From assembly GCA_965113315.1 (NCBI GenBank), contig OZ220370.1: 64,000 nucleotides of DNA. One strand, 5' to 3'. The translations under genes and the position numbers were made by a program. This stretch comes from Podarcis vaucheri (Eukaryota). Numbering within the stretch: the first letter of the stretch is position 1; the number at the start of each line of letters is the position of its first letter. This document shows, piece by piece, positions 25,531 to 37,724 of the stretch. The notes beneath the pieces are model-generated. The model had not been told where the DNA came from, did not search any database, and saw only the letters and a list, made by a program, of their open reading frames with translations.

Positions 25531-27525
25531 TACTGGAATGTTCATGAAGGCCCAGGTGGCAATAAAAGTCTTGCCCAAGTTGACTCTCAGCCTTATCAAC
25601 CCAAATATTTTTCTTCAGATATTGACAGTAACAGGCCAAGAGCAAACTCAGTAGATAGAGTAGATTCATACAACCACCCTGCTGTAGCTCTAAAGCCAAT
25701 ACCAGTGATTCCTTTTCCTGCAACATCAGGTGCAGAGATGGTTGCATGAGGAAGTCTCATGCAAATTACAATTGTCTTCCCTTGAGCAGAGCTGAAACTT
25801 GAAAGCAATAAAACTCTCAATTGTTTTTCATACACTCAGCTAATCTTGTAGACTCTTGAACACATGTCCTGATCACGCAAACCTACTATGTGCCCTCAAA
25901 TAGCTTTGATAATTTGGTTGAATATAGAGGTGTTGTGATGTGGACACAATAATACATGGAGCTCAACCGAAAAAGTGTCAACCCAGAAACCAAATTAGAG
26001 TATTGTATCCACAATCATAGGCCTTTATTTTATTCCTTGCTTTGATATGCATGCCTCTTGTGATTTGCATGAAGCAATTTGTAGCTGATGAAAGTCTCAA
26101 CAGAATGATGGCCATTGCTAAGTTTTGACTTGCAGTGATGATAGCCAGCAAAATATTGGAGATCTTATAATACACTTGATGTTTCATTGATAGCAAGGTC
26201 TGATTAACCTCATAGCAATATTGTGTGTCCTCCACACTCATTTCAGTATTACCCCTCACAAGTTCCTCCAAGATAAATTGAGGAGTCCCCACTGCCCACC
26301 CAAAGCATGCATATTCTGAATAGGCATTTGAAGAAAGGGTTCAAAACTGGAGCCTAGCAGGCCACTGAATAAAAAATCCCAAGTGCATACTTATTGAAAA
26401 TAGGCTTTTAAACATTTGTTTTCCTTTTTTATGAAAGGGACAAATAAATTGCATATTATTTATTAAATTTATTTTATGTCCTCCCTCCCATAGAAGCCAA
26501 AGGTGGCAATGCAACAGAGCCTTACATGCACCACTGACTATTGCTCCTCTAGCGGTATTCACCCCACAACACTTGTTAATGTCTACATATGGGGGGAAAT
26601 GCAATGAAAAATAGAATAAATATGCATGTTTCTAGTAAGTATTTCAGTTGTTGGACATCTTGAACTGCCTGTCATACCATTTCATGAGTACTATTCTGTG
26701 CCTCATTTAAGAAGATGAAATAACTGACAGGCTTAGTGGTCTTTCATGCTGTTATTTTCATTTCTTAATTAGATTTCCAATCATGCCTTCCTCCCCACCA
26801 TACTTGCGACTTTCACATGCATTTAAAGTAATATGGCTAGGAAAATGACAAAAACCAATCATTTTACCATGTTGTCATGACCGAGTAATAAGAAATCCCT
26901 AGATATAGTTTGAATTATGCAAAATATTTCATTTAGCTAAATGAAATTGCTAAGCTCTCAAAACACAAGGGAATCGTAATAAAAACACTTTTCTGACATG
27001 CCAAATCTGATTAAAAAGCATGTCAAATAATATGCCAAGTCACTGGATGTCAGCATAATGGAGGACTTTGGAAATTAAATATTCATGAAACTAAAATTAT
27101 GCCCATCCACCAGAAAGGGAAACCATGCAATATGACTGCACATTAACAGATAATTAATCTTAAGATTTCCCCTATAAAAATACAAAGAGAAAAGACTGAC
27201 ATCTTGTTGCCATTCCAGTGACAACACTAGGCAAAGTAATTAGGAAAAAGAGCTTTTTAAAAAAATAATAATAATATCACCAATCTGGAGTTCTTTTTGT
27301 GAAACAGCAGCACTGTTTTCTGTCCACCTTTTGAAAGTGGCCTGTGTTCCATTAATGTCTGGAAACTGCTGAATTTCAAAATATGCTTGCTGTAGAAAAC
27401 CTTAGCTCTTGAACTTCAAAGGTGTTGACATCTGTTTCGGAACTGATTAATGAAATATTCAGCATTAGACTAGGGATGCGGAACCTATGGCTCTCCAGAT
27501 GTTGTTGTCTCACAACTCCCTCTAT

Positions 27526-28528
27526 TGTGAGTTGAGGACCCACACCTGTGTAGTGGTGAATAAGAGACAAGGACACAAGTATTTAGGTTAATGGGCTGAA
27601 AAGGCCACAACTTTTATTGATTACAGCATGTGAGTGGTATTGGCTTAGGCACTGGATCACACAACCTATACAGTGGTACCTCGGGTTACATACGCTTCAG
27701 GTTACATACACTTCAGGTTACAGACTCCGCTAACCCAGAAATATGATCTCAGGTTAATAACTTTGCTTCAGGATAAGAACAGAAATCGTGCAGCGGCGAA
27801 GCAGCGGCAGCAGCAGGAGGCCCCATTAGCTAAAGTGGTGCTTCAGGTTAAGAACAGTTTCATGTTAAGAACAGACCTCCAGAACGAATTAAGTTCTTAA
27901 CCCGAGGTACCACTGTACATGTACCCGACCGTGCAGTGGGGGGGGGGGGTCGAATGAAGGTTAACAATCAGTGGGAGGAGCTTGTTGATGCAAATACAAC
28001 TGGAAGCTTCCCCTGATGTCACCGGGGGTCGTGCCATGGCCCTAGCCACCAGCAGGGTATTGGACAGGATCCACAGCCGCTGGATTCCTTTAACGGAATA
28101 CCCAACATGGGGCGGGGTAGGTGATGGCCACACCCCGCCCACCAACACATATTCCAATGCCTAACCACCAAAACCAGAAAAGTTGTGACGATTTGCTACG
28201 AGGTAGGTGAAAAACCAAGAGGCTGATGCCAATTTGCCAAATGGATAAAAACTCCTACCAGCCCCACGGGGAACCAGGGGAACCAACCAAAGTCCATAGC
28301 AATGTCAAGAGCATAAACCTATCCTAGAGGGCGGGTGGGCGGGTGATCCGACGTCCTTTGAGCAGCTGAATGAGGCGCGGAGGCTTCTGCAGCTGCTTGA
28401 ATGCGGCTAAGCCCCGCCCCCAGGCCAACCCTATTGGCTGGCTAGCTGGAGGGCAGCACGGCAGCAGGGTGATGACGCAGGGGGCTGAACACGCCCCCCT
28501 GACAATGCAGGAACGGCTCCCGCTCACA
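27526..28528 (-). mobile_element. LTR (3' LTR with adjacent polypurine tract)
   Basis: TGTGAG...CTCACA inverted termini; minus-strand GAGGGGAGGTAT immediately upstream (28529-28540); minus-strand AATAAA near 27615. Confidence 0.75.
27671..27915. mobile_element. pogo/Tigger-like MITE, family A (inside LTR)
   Basis: TIRs CAGTGGTACCTCGGGTTA / TAACCCGAGGTACCACTG, TA flanks. Confidence 0.92.
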
Positions 28529-28639
28529 ATACCTCCCCTCTGGGAGGAGAGGCTTTCTTGACCATTGGTCATGCTGACTGGGCTGATAGGAGTTGGGAGT
28601 TTGATAACACCTTGGAGGGCTACAGATTACCCATTCGTA

Positions 28640-28936
28640 CAGTGGTACCTCGCAAGACGAATGCCTCGCAAGACGAAAAACGGGCAAGACGAAAGAGTTT
28701 TCTGTTTTTTGAGTCGTTCCGCAAAACAAATTTCACTATGGGCTTGCTTCGCAAGACAAAACGTCTTGCGAGTTCTTGCAAGTTTGTTTCATTTTTCTTA
28801 AAGCCGCTAAGCCGCTAATAGCCGCTAAGTCGTTAATAGCCACTATGCCGCTAATAGCCGTGCTTCGCAAGACGAAAAAACCGCAAGACGAAGAGACTCG
28901 CAGAACGGATTGATTTCGTCTTGCGAGGCACCACTG
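28640..28936. mobile_element. pogo/Tigger-like MITE, family B
   Basis: TIRs CAGTGGTACCTCGCAAGACGAA / TTCGTCTTGCGAGGCACCACTG, TA flanks. Confidence 0.92.
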
Positions 28937-28954
28937 TACATTAGACTATGGATA

Positions 28955-29132
28955 GTGAGCTCCTTATACTGAGTCAAACCAATTCTGGCTCAGAATTGAA
29001 AGCACTGATTGGCAGCAGCTCTCAAGAATTTCCGATCAGAATCTCCTCCCAGCTATACCTGTAAATGATGGAGATTGAACCTGGAATTTTCTGAATGAAA
29101 AGCAGATGCTTTAGTACTGAGCTACTGCCCTT
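28955..29132 (-). mobile_element. Squam3-like SINE
   Basis: Minus-strand head (gagattgaacctgg...agcagatgctttagtactgagcta) and body. Confidence 0.7.
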
Positions 29133-29753
29133 CCGCAAAAATATGGTGTTACAGTAGTTAATAGTTTTCCTTAACAACCAAGAACTGGAAACAGAACACA
29201 CAACAAAAATGGCTGCTTCTGGATGGGGGTTATTGAGATATCACAAATGGGACAATGGCAACAGGTAAATAATAATAATATAATAATACCAGATTCCCCA
29301 TCACACAAAAGGTACTTACAGATTCAGTTGGGTGGGAGGAATATGAGCTGGCAAGTTATGTAGGCGCTGAAAAAAAAAATGCATGCATGAGGAGCACCAA
29401 TCCCTATTTGGATCAACCTGTTATCTATTTTAAGGAAGGGCTGAAGAGGGAAATCTCCAGTCTCACCTGAATTAACATTTTCATTTGTTAGCTATAATGA
29501 GCAGCTCTTTTGATTTTAGGCTGTGAATTATTCTTGGTCCACTTCTATCAGCATTCCTAACTTCCTGATCTTGGATCAAGCTCCAGTTACATTTGTTACT
29601 AGTGCTGGGATCCAGCCCCATTCTCTTGGTCAGGACGGTAGTTGGGAAAGCGCCTATGATACACAAGAGAATTGAGCAGAATACTTTGGCCATGGAGGTC
29701 AGACAGGCTGTTGAACTAGTAAAATAATGTAGCAACTTGGGTGGAACGACTTA

Positions 29754-29998
29754 CAGTGGTACCTCGGGTTAAGTACTTAATTCATTCTAGAGTTCCGTTC
29801 TTAACCTGAAACTGTTCTTAACCTGAAGCACCACTTTAGCTAACGGGGTCTCCCGCTGCTGCTGCTGCGCCGCCGGAGCACGATTTCTGTTCTCATCCTG
29901 AAGCAAAGTTCTTAACCTGAAACACTATTTCTGGGTTAGTGGAGTCTGTAACCTGAAGCATATGTAACCTGAAGCGTATGTAACCTGAGGTACCACTG
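29754..29998. mobile_element. pogo/Tigger-like MITE, family A
   Basis: TIRs and TA flanks. Confidence 0.92.
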
Positions 29999-31228
29999 TA
30001 TATGCAGCTAGTGGCTAGCAAAGCTATAGGTATAAAATAAATGTATCTAAGTTTTAAGAAACAACAACTTGGTACGACTTTGTTACATGTGTAAACAGTA
30101 TGAGCAATGAGACAGGACCTGCTATGAAATATGGACAAATGAGGAATGCTTAATCTTACATCTGGATTGTTTACTGAAACAATGAGATTTTATTTATCAT
30201 TTTGGACGCTCAACACAAATTGCCTCTGCTCTTTAATTAAAACTATGACTGAAGAGAAATACCACGTATTCAGGGATAAATACTAATACGGTATTCATTA
30301 CTATGTATGGTGCAGTTTGATCATTCGTTGGAATATATTACTGTAATGAATAAAGTGAAAATTGCAGTGGCGGGGGGAGGGAGAGGGAAGGAGACCAATA
30401 TTTTAATCAGTTGCCTGTAATGCTTTTCATCACTACAGCCATGCACAAAACACAGAGTTAACATTATTTCCTGAAGTTTCTTTCCTTTCTCGCATTGGAT
30501 CCTTATGAGAGAAATTTACCGCAGCAGCTGCAGACAGCTGTGAACTTTCCCAAGGGGCATGCAGCTGCTTCTGCTTCTGATAAATCAATGATAGTTCTAT
30601 GATGGTGGTGAAAAGAACCTAGCTACCCCTGAAATAAGATCATTTGCTGGTATTGTGGGAACTCAGGCAGCAAAACTGCTATTACATGTATTCAATGCAA
30701 AGAGTGCAAATTAATATCGGGAAAGCAATTGACTAGAAACAATGTGGGGGGAGGGAAATAAGATGAATTATGCAAAATATTTCTGGCTCTTGAAATGGAA
30801 AGTCTCGAAAGAATCTGTGGGTCCTTGTACTAGTCATCTCATCTTCATCCTTTCTTCCTAGTCAAACAATTAAGCAGATGAATACAAAATACTGAATATT
30901 ATGAAATGCTCCTAAATATATATCAAGTTTCATAATTATTTGTGGTGAAAGATTTGCTGTGACATCAAGCACTATGAAAAGGAATGCATTCAATTCTACA
31001 CTTACACCTAAAGTGAATTTTCCATCTTCAGGAACAACAGAAACCTGGACATCTTCAGACCCTTTGCATTATGATATGCAATGCTCTGGAGTCTACTTAC
31101 TTCATTGCAAATATATTTTATTCATCAGCATTTTCTCCTAATAGACACATTTTTTGGTATGCAATTTTGTTTAATATAGTCATTTTTGCAAAGCAGTTTT
31201 CTCTAATATAATGCATTTGTTCTAGACT

Positions 31229-31390
31229 GGTAGCTGTGTTGGTCTGAGCAGTCAAAACATATAAAAAAATTGTCCAGTAGCACCTTAGAGACCAACTAAG
31301 TTGTTCTTGGTATAAGCTTTTGTGTGCATGCTTATATCAAGAACAAACTTAGTTGGTCTCTAAGGTGCTACTGGACAATTTTTTTTATAT
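31229..31390. mobile_element. Penelope-like terminal fragment in inverted arrangement
   Basis: Arms ~31259-31317 and ~31330-31390 are reverse complements; family assignment from recall. Confidence 0.65.
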
Positions 31391-33667
31391 AATGCATTTG
31401 TGTATGTTGTTTTCACTAATACATGCATTCGAATAAAATAAAATAAAAATACTACTAGCTGCCATGGTAAACAACCCCCTCACCTTTAAATTGTTAGGAC
31501 ATTTTCAGGCACCACATTTAAGAAGAAAACCACCACCACCCATTTTCCATGCAAATAGGGGTAGTAAATTGGATTATAACCTAAGTGATTAAAAATATAG
31601 AACTCCAAATATAGAATTCTGCAACATGCTGGTTCTGTCAAGTTTCTTTTTAGCAAGACTCAGTCAACCTAAGGAGCTAAAAAGGCCACTTGTTTTTCTT
31701 TGGCACCCTTACTATTACAAGAGACCTGACTTTGCAAGCTGTTGGTTAGAAGCAAGGCTGTGGGAGAGAAGAATAGACCTCTCATATACAGGACACTCAT
31801 TCTTCCTCCTCCTCCTCCTCTTACAATGGCAAATGGTAGAAGCTGGAGGAGAAAATGTAGAGAGAGTAAAAGGGCCAGGCAGAGCAAAATAAGAATTGGG
31901 GTAGAGGGGGGGGGGGAAGCAGTGGCAGATGGGAAGCACCAGAGCCCATGCATGCCTCTTCCTAGTTATTTTGTGTGCTTTTCAAGCCATACTAATTCTG
32001 AAGCTGTGGAGAAGAAGCCAGGAAATAAAAGGCCTTTTTTTTTAATGGGCTAAACTAAATCAATACAAGAGCTTCCAAACACCACCACTATATTAGGACC
32101 ATCAAACAAACATACTCAGTAATAGCCCAAGACATAATTTATGACCTCATAAATGTCTCCCATGAATGAGCACCCTTCACTGCTTGGGTCCTCCATCCAT
32201 TTACAGCTCTGTATCCAACTTCCTCCTCCCTTCAGCCTCTTATTTATATATATATTCCAGCTGTGTCTCACCAGCATTTCCTCTCCAAGAGCTGATCCCG
32301 TTTTTTCATTCAACGTTCCCAGTAAGTGAAGTGTTAATATGACCCATGCATATCAGCCAATCATATCTCTTCTGTTCAAAGCACTACTGAATTAAAACAG
32401 CATAAATCCCCTCTGCCAACTATCAAAAAAGGGAGAGAATGCATTAGCAGAAACCCCTGGTTTTTGAAAAATGGCTTTTAAACTGATTCAGCTGAGCCAG
32501 TTTTGCCCTCCATTAGGGAAAGGCCAAAATGCTGATCCTGCTTTTCTAAACCATTAGCAAAGCTACAGCTCTGTTGTCATAACCATACAGGGCCATCTCT
32601 TACTAGCATAAATCTAAAAGCATTTAAGTATGCGCATAAGAGTACTTACAAATATACAGATAGTAAGTCAACTAACTTTTACTCAAAGTAGACCCTTTGG
32701 GTGGAATTCAAAGTTGTGCTATGCCAGATGAAATGATCCTCCTTCCTTTGTGTGCTGTTCTGAGGGGTTCGCTCACTGAAATTAACAGACCTAAGCAACA
32801 GTCAGTTGAATAGAATCATAAAGCCCATTGATTTCAATGATTACGAGTTAGTCGGCTACCACCCCAACAGAGCACGTCATAGGATTGTTTGGGCTGAGAC
32901 TTCATTAGATTTTTATTTTAGTGCTTTCCATAATACTGCTTTGGTAACTGCCGTTGCCCAAGAAGCATTTCCACGACAGTATCAATAATGTATTTGTTTT
33001 CATTTTTCATAGTTTGCTCTTTAACACAGTGTTATTGATGAGCAAACAAACAAACAAACAAACACAAAACCCAATGCCTATAGGATTTGCCTTTTGTCAC
33101 TGCCATTTAAAACAAAAGTTGCCATATTTCCGTTATTAGGACTCAGATCTTAACAAAAGGCACACACAGGCCTGGAAGTAAATTCACAAAATGAAAAAAA
33201 AAACGCCAGTTATTTCTAAGCAAAACACACAGCCTAACCATGCTTTGATTTCCCCCCCCACACACACACACACGTTCCTTGGTGCCAGATCATAAGAACA
33301 CAGAGCTGAAAGGCTTCAGGAACAGGAATTATATCCAAAGCTATCCGAGTAGAATATTATGCTCCCTCATAATGCAGTTTGATATAGAGCTGTAAGCAAT
33401 GCTTCTCTTAACCCTTATTGCCTCAGGGGCTGAATCCACCAAATTGCTTCTGAACTGTGAAATCATCTAGCTGCCCTACACAGATAATCTATTGGCTTTA
33501 TATACCCGCTCAAACCTTGAGATCGTGACTGAAGGACCTTCTCCAGGCTCCTCTGCCTAGAGAGGTGAGGTGGGTGCTGGGGGGGGGAGCACCCCCTTGC
33601 CCCTCCTATTTCTGAACTCTTGTCATTAACATACGCAACTTTTCTTTCTCACCAACCTAGAAATATA

Positions 33668-33964
33668 CAGTGTTGTTGTTGCTGTTTTTGTTTAGTCGTG
33701 TCCGACTCTCCATGACCCCATGGACCAGAGCACGCCAGTGGTACCTCATGTTAAGAACTTAATTCGTTCTGAAGGTCCGTTCTTAACCTGAAACTGTTCC
33801 TAACCTGAGGTACCACTAGCTAATGGGGCCTCCTACTGCCGCCACGTAATTTCTGTTCTCATCCTGAAGCAAAGTTCTTAATCCGAGATACTATTTCTGG
33901 GTTAGCGGAGTCTGTAACCTGAAGCGTCTGTAACCTGAAGCGTCTGTAACTCGAGCTACCACTG
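33668..33964. mobile_element. pogo/Tigger-like MITE, family A, with insert in its left TIR
   Basis: TA-CAGTG[insert]CAGTGGTACCTC ... CTACCACTG-TA. Confidence 0.88.
33673..33735 (-). mobile_element. RTE-BovB 3' terminal fragment
   Basis: (TTG)n then tttagtcgtgtccgactctccatgaccccatggaccagagcacgcc, the reverse complement of a BovB-type 3' end with (CAA)n tail. Confidence 0.8.
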
Positions 33965-34570
33965 TATTTTCCTCTTTCTGTGCCCTCCCTGATTCCCACC
34001 CCTTGGTATTGACACCGGGTGTGTGGTTATTAGCAAGAAGGTTAGAATGCCCTCCCCAGTGAGACATTCCAGAACTTTTCCACACCTGGGAAAGACTTTG
34101 CAAAGTCTTAGACCTTTTAGAATGTTTGCCCTTGGAATACATTATTTATGCTGTGGTTTCAATGCTCCTTGTTCTGGTCTTTAGGCAGGAAATGGATTGA
34201 TTAATGTAAATGTTCCAATTAAGTATTTTAATGTTTTAATTGTTTGAACTGTGTGAACTGCCCAGAGGACTTTTATTGATTGACCAGTGAACATATGGTC
34301 TAAATAAATTAATTACAGAGATAAAAAGCCACTTTATAATGGTTTGGACCACTGGTCTATCTGCCCCAAACTCTGGCAGCAGCTCTCCAGAGTTTCACCA
34401 AAGGCCCTTTCCTGTTGCTGAAGGTATTCCCTAGCATTTCCAGTTAAAACTAAATCTTTATGTATTCTAGGACCAAGAGACATAAAAAAGCGGAATGGTA
34501 CTTTAATGTGCATGCAGTTTTTTAAGAGCTAGCTAACCAATGTAAGACTGTTGGAGATCAACTGTTAGAT

Positions 34571-34706
34571 CAGGTATAGGCAACCTTCAGCCCTCCAGAT
34601 GTTTTGGACTACAATTCCCATCATCCCTGACCACTGGTCTTGTTAGCTAGGGATCATGGGAATTGTAGGCCAAAACATCTGGAGGGCAAAAGGTTGCCTT
34701 TGTCTG
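34571..34706. mobile_element. palindromic hAT-Charlie MITE (Chap4-like)
   Basis: Long internal inverted repeat; TSD TGTTAGAT/TATTAGAT. Confidence 0.85.
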
Positions 34707-35106
34707 TATTAGATGATCAGTTCTGGGGACCAAGGGCTATAGGAATCACACTTGACATTTATGGTCTTTTCAGCCAGGTTGCTTTGATTGACAGGTTAAC
34801 TGGCAAATCATAAGCAGGAGAGCATTTGTTAACACCATTTGGGAGCAAAAAGATGGGGCAATCAAGGTGTTATTTGCAAAGCAGACTCCCTGGCCTTTCC
34901 TGTCAAGGCAGCAGAATTCCAAAGGAGGTCTCAAAGATTCAGTCCCTGTGATTCAGAAGTGGCAAGTGCTACATGACCTGACTGCTTTGACAGAATGGTG
35001 GACTTCAGAAAGTGTGTATCTAAAGGAGCTATATGATTGCAGGGTAGGTTGTGTCACATTATCTACACTCGAGTTTACTAGCTTCTAGGGGACACATCAT
35101 GTGTGA

Positions 35107-35356
35107 CAGGGGTCAGCAAACTTTTTCAGCATGGGGCCAGTCCACTGTCCCTCAGACCTTGTGAGGGGACCGGATTATATTTTTTGGGGGGAAATGAACG
35201 AATTCCTATGCCCCACAAATAACTCAGAGATGCATTTTAAATAAAAGCACACATTCTACTCATGTAAAAACACGCTGATTCTGGACTGTCCACGGGCCAG
35301 ATTTAGAAGGCAATTGGGCTGGATCCGGCCCCCGGGCCTTAGTTTGCCTACCCATG
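35107..35356. mobile_element. non-autonomous hAT-Charlie element (OC1-like)
   Basis: TIRs CAGGGGTCAGCAAACT / AGTTTGCCTACCCATG; imperfect TSD GTGT(A)GAC. Confidence 0.8.
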
Positions 35357-37111
35357 GTGTAGACTCTCTTCTTAGGAAAACGCTAAGTGGTTTGCTGAGG
35401 TCAGAACATGCAGCATTCTAAATTAATGAGTGACAATCCAGTGGTGACTGTCTGGTGATGGGAAAGAATTGATCAGTAGAACGCAGAGCAATGCAACTTT
35501 TGATGACTCTCTTCTGCACCCTCTGCACAACACCTCCCATATTTGAATCGGCTCTTGGGGTGGTGTCCCCTAACCCTCTGGATCAGATACAAAATAAGAT
35601 AACTGAAAACTGTCCTCTTCCCTATTTCCTTCCATCAGAATTCCCTTCCATCAGTGGACAGTCACTACAATGGCTATGTGGGATATGTTTAAGTACACTA
35701 AATAATTTTGAAATATTTTTATAAAAAGATATATGTTTTATGGCTTCTGGTTACATATTTTCTCCTCAAACTACTGACCTCTATAAAACAGCCTTGGCTA
35801 GGATTATATGGTGTTGTTTTCCTAATGAGTCTCTGTATAAAACATTGATGTAGATGTTGCTTGAAGTTGTGAAAGAACAGACTTTTATCTTACAAACCTT
35901 ATTCTCTTAGATTATTTTGAAATCAATATATTGGACAGCTTACACAGGCCTTTAGCAATATGAAAGTAAGTATTCAAGTCTCCTTTGAAGGCCATTAAGA
36001 GTTTGAAATTACTGTGGCCTGAAGCAACTGTTATAAACGCAAACTCATTAAAAAGAAGAAAATGTATTAGTATCTTATGCCCTAATCATAAAGAATGGCC
36101 TCTGTGTCACAATCCAAGAGCTTCTTTCAACTTCTGATGTGAAAGGGCAAAAATTCCATTATTTTCTGCAATAAAAAAAGAAGCATTTATTTAACAATCC
36201 ATTAAAAAGTTGCCAAAAAATGAGAACTGAGCTTTTTATTTAGCTGGTTCTTTAGGAGTATGAGTTCAATTTAAGAGGATAAGCATCACTCTCCATCAGA
36301 CATTAGTATGTCTGAAAAATGTTTTCCTGGCCTTTATGAATAAAGGAGAAGAACTTTATCGTTTCCTTTTTGATGTTCCGAATAAATGTGGCTAAATTAT
36401 TGGAAAGTGATATCTAAGCAAGCTCTTAAGACTTTCTTCTCATTTTTGGCAAAGGAAATTCACAGCAAATTAAATAATTCAAAACAAATGCTTAGGTGTA
36501 GCTCCTGCTGCATTTTGAATTACAAAATGGGTAAAGGAATATATTTCAATGGACTAACTTTTATTGGTGTAAGGTTAGGCAAACTGTTCACTTAGTTCCC
36601 TCTATAGTTAAGTGGGAACTAGTGGGAACTTTAGGGTGGTATCCAACTAAATAGTTACATTAGAGCAATGACTTTTAGCTATGCAATATAGCTTCCCCAT
36701 TCTCTCTTTTCCCACTTTGCCCCCCAAATCTGCTCTTCAGCCTTGTATTCAAAGTCTCACTGCCATAAAACTCAACAGATGGCCCTGGACCCAATCACTA
36801 TCTCCTAGCATAACCTACCTCACAGCTAGGGATGGACAAATCAGTTTTGGTTCCCCTCAGTTTCTCATTCTTCCAGTCTTAAAATCAGTTCGTCACATTT
36901 CTCCATCTGTTTATTTTTTTAAAAAATAGTGCCCACACATGCTTGCAAGCAATCTTGCCTGATATGCACATCTTAGGAAGCAATTTCTCCTAACAAAGTG
37001 CAGTTGAATGCTATTTTCATATGCATTTTAATGTACATCTATCTAATACATGTGTTCTGTTACACATCTTTTGGTTGCGAAACTACCTTCTGCCTTTGCA
37101 GAAGGCTAAAG

Positions 37112-37296
37112 CAGTTGTTCTCAATTAGGTAAGTACTGCGGAACCCCCATTTTTCAAAAGCCAAGCCATGGACTCCCTACCTTTGAAAATTTTGATACAT
37201 CTATGGTAGTTTTTGTTATGTGAATGGTGGCACAGACCCCCTGGGTGGGTTATGTGGACCCCCTGGGGTCCACGGACCACCAGTTGGGAACCACTG
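37112..37296. mobile_element. non-autonomous hAT element
   Basis: TIRs CAGTTGTTCTCAA / TTGGGAACCACTG; perfect TSD GGCTAAAG. Confidence 0.85.
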
Positions 37297-37499
37297 GGCT
37301 AAAGTATTATTTCTGACCAAGTTGACTCCTCATGGCTCTGCAAGTTCTCCTTAGCACCCAATAATGTTGTATTACAGACAACACAAACAAATTAGACCTA
37401 CGGTAACTCTTCTAGTGCAACATCGATCCTGTAGGGGAGTGACGAGGGGACAGAAAACATGTTCAAATTGCTGTAGAATTCAGCACAATTAACTGCATA

Positions 37500-37724
37500 C
37501 AGTGGTACTTCGAGTTACAAATGCTTCAAGTTATAAACTCTGCTAACCTGGAAGAGTTACCTCGAGTTGAGAACTTTGCCCCAGGATGAGAACGGAAATT
37601 GTGTGACGGCAGTGCAGCAGCAGCAAGAGGCCCCATTAGAGAAAGCACGCCTCTAGTTAAGAACAGTTTCAGGTTAATAACGGACCTCCGGAATGAATTA
37701 AATTCATAACTAGAGGTACCACTG
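37500..37724. mobile_element. pogo/Tigger-like MITE, family A (more diverged)
   Basis: TIRs CAGTGGTACTTC / GAGGTACCACTG, TA flanks. Confidence 0.88.

Larger units (their letters stand above)
27471..28938. mobile_element. Chap4-like hAT MITE, host of nested insertions
   Basis: Left arm 27471-27525, right arm 28556-28639; perfect 8-bp TSD CATTAGAC at 27463-27470 and 28939-28946. Confidence 0.8.

Noticed and set aside
25192-25749. 185-aa ORF
   Set aside because: Runs across two adjacent MITEs and flank; no transposase or other protein motif
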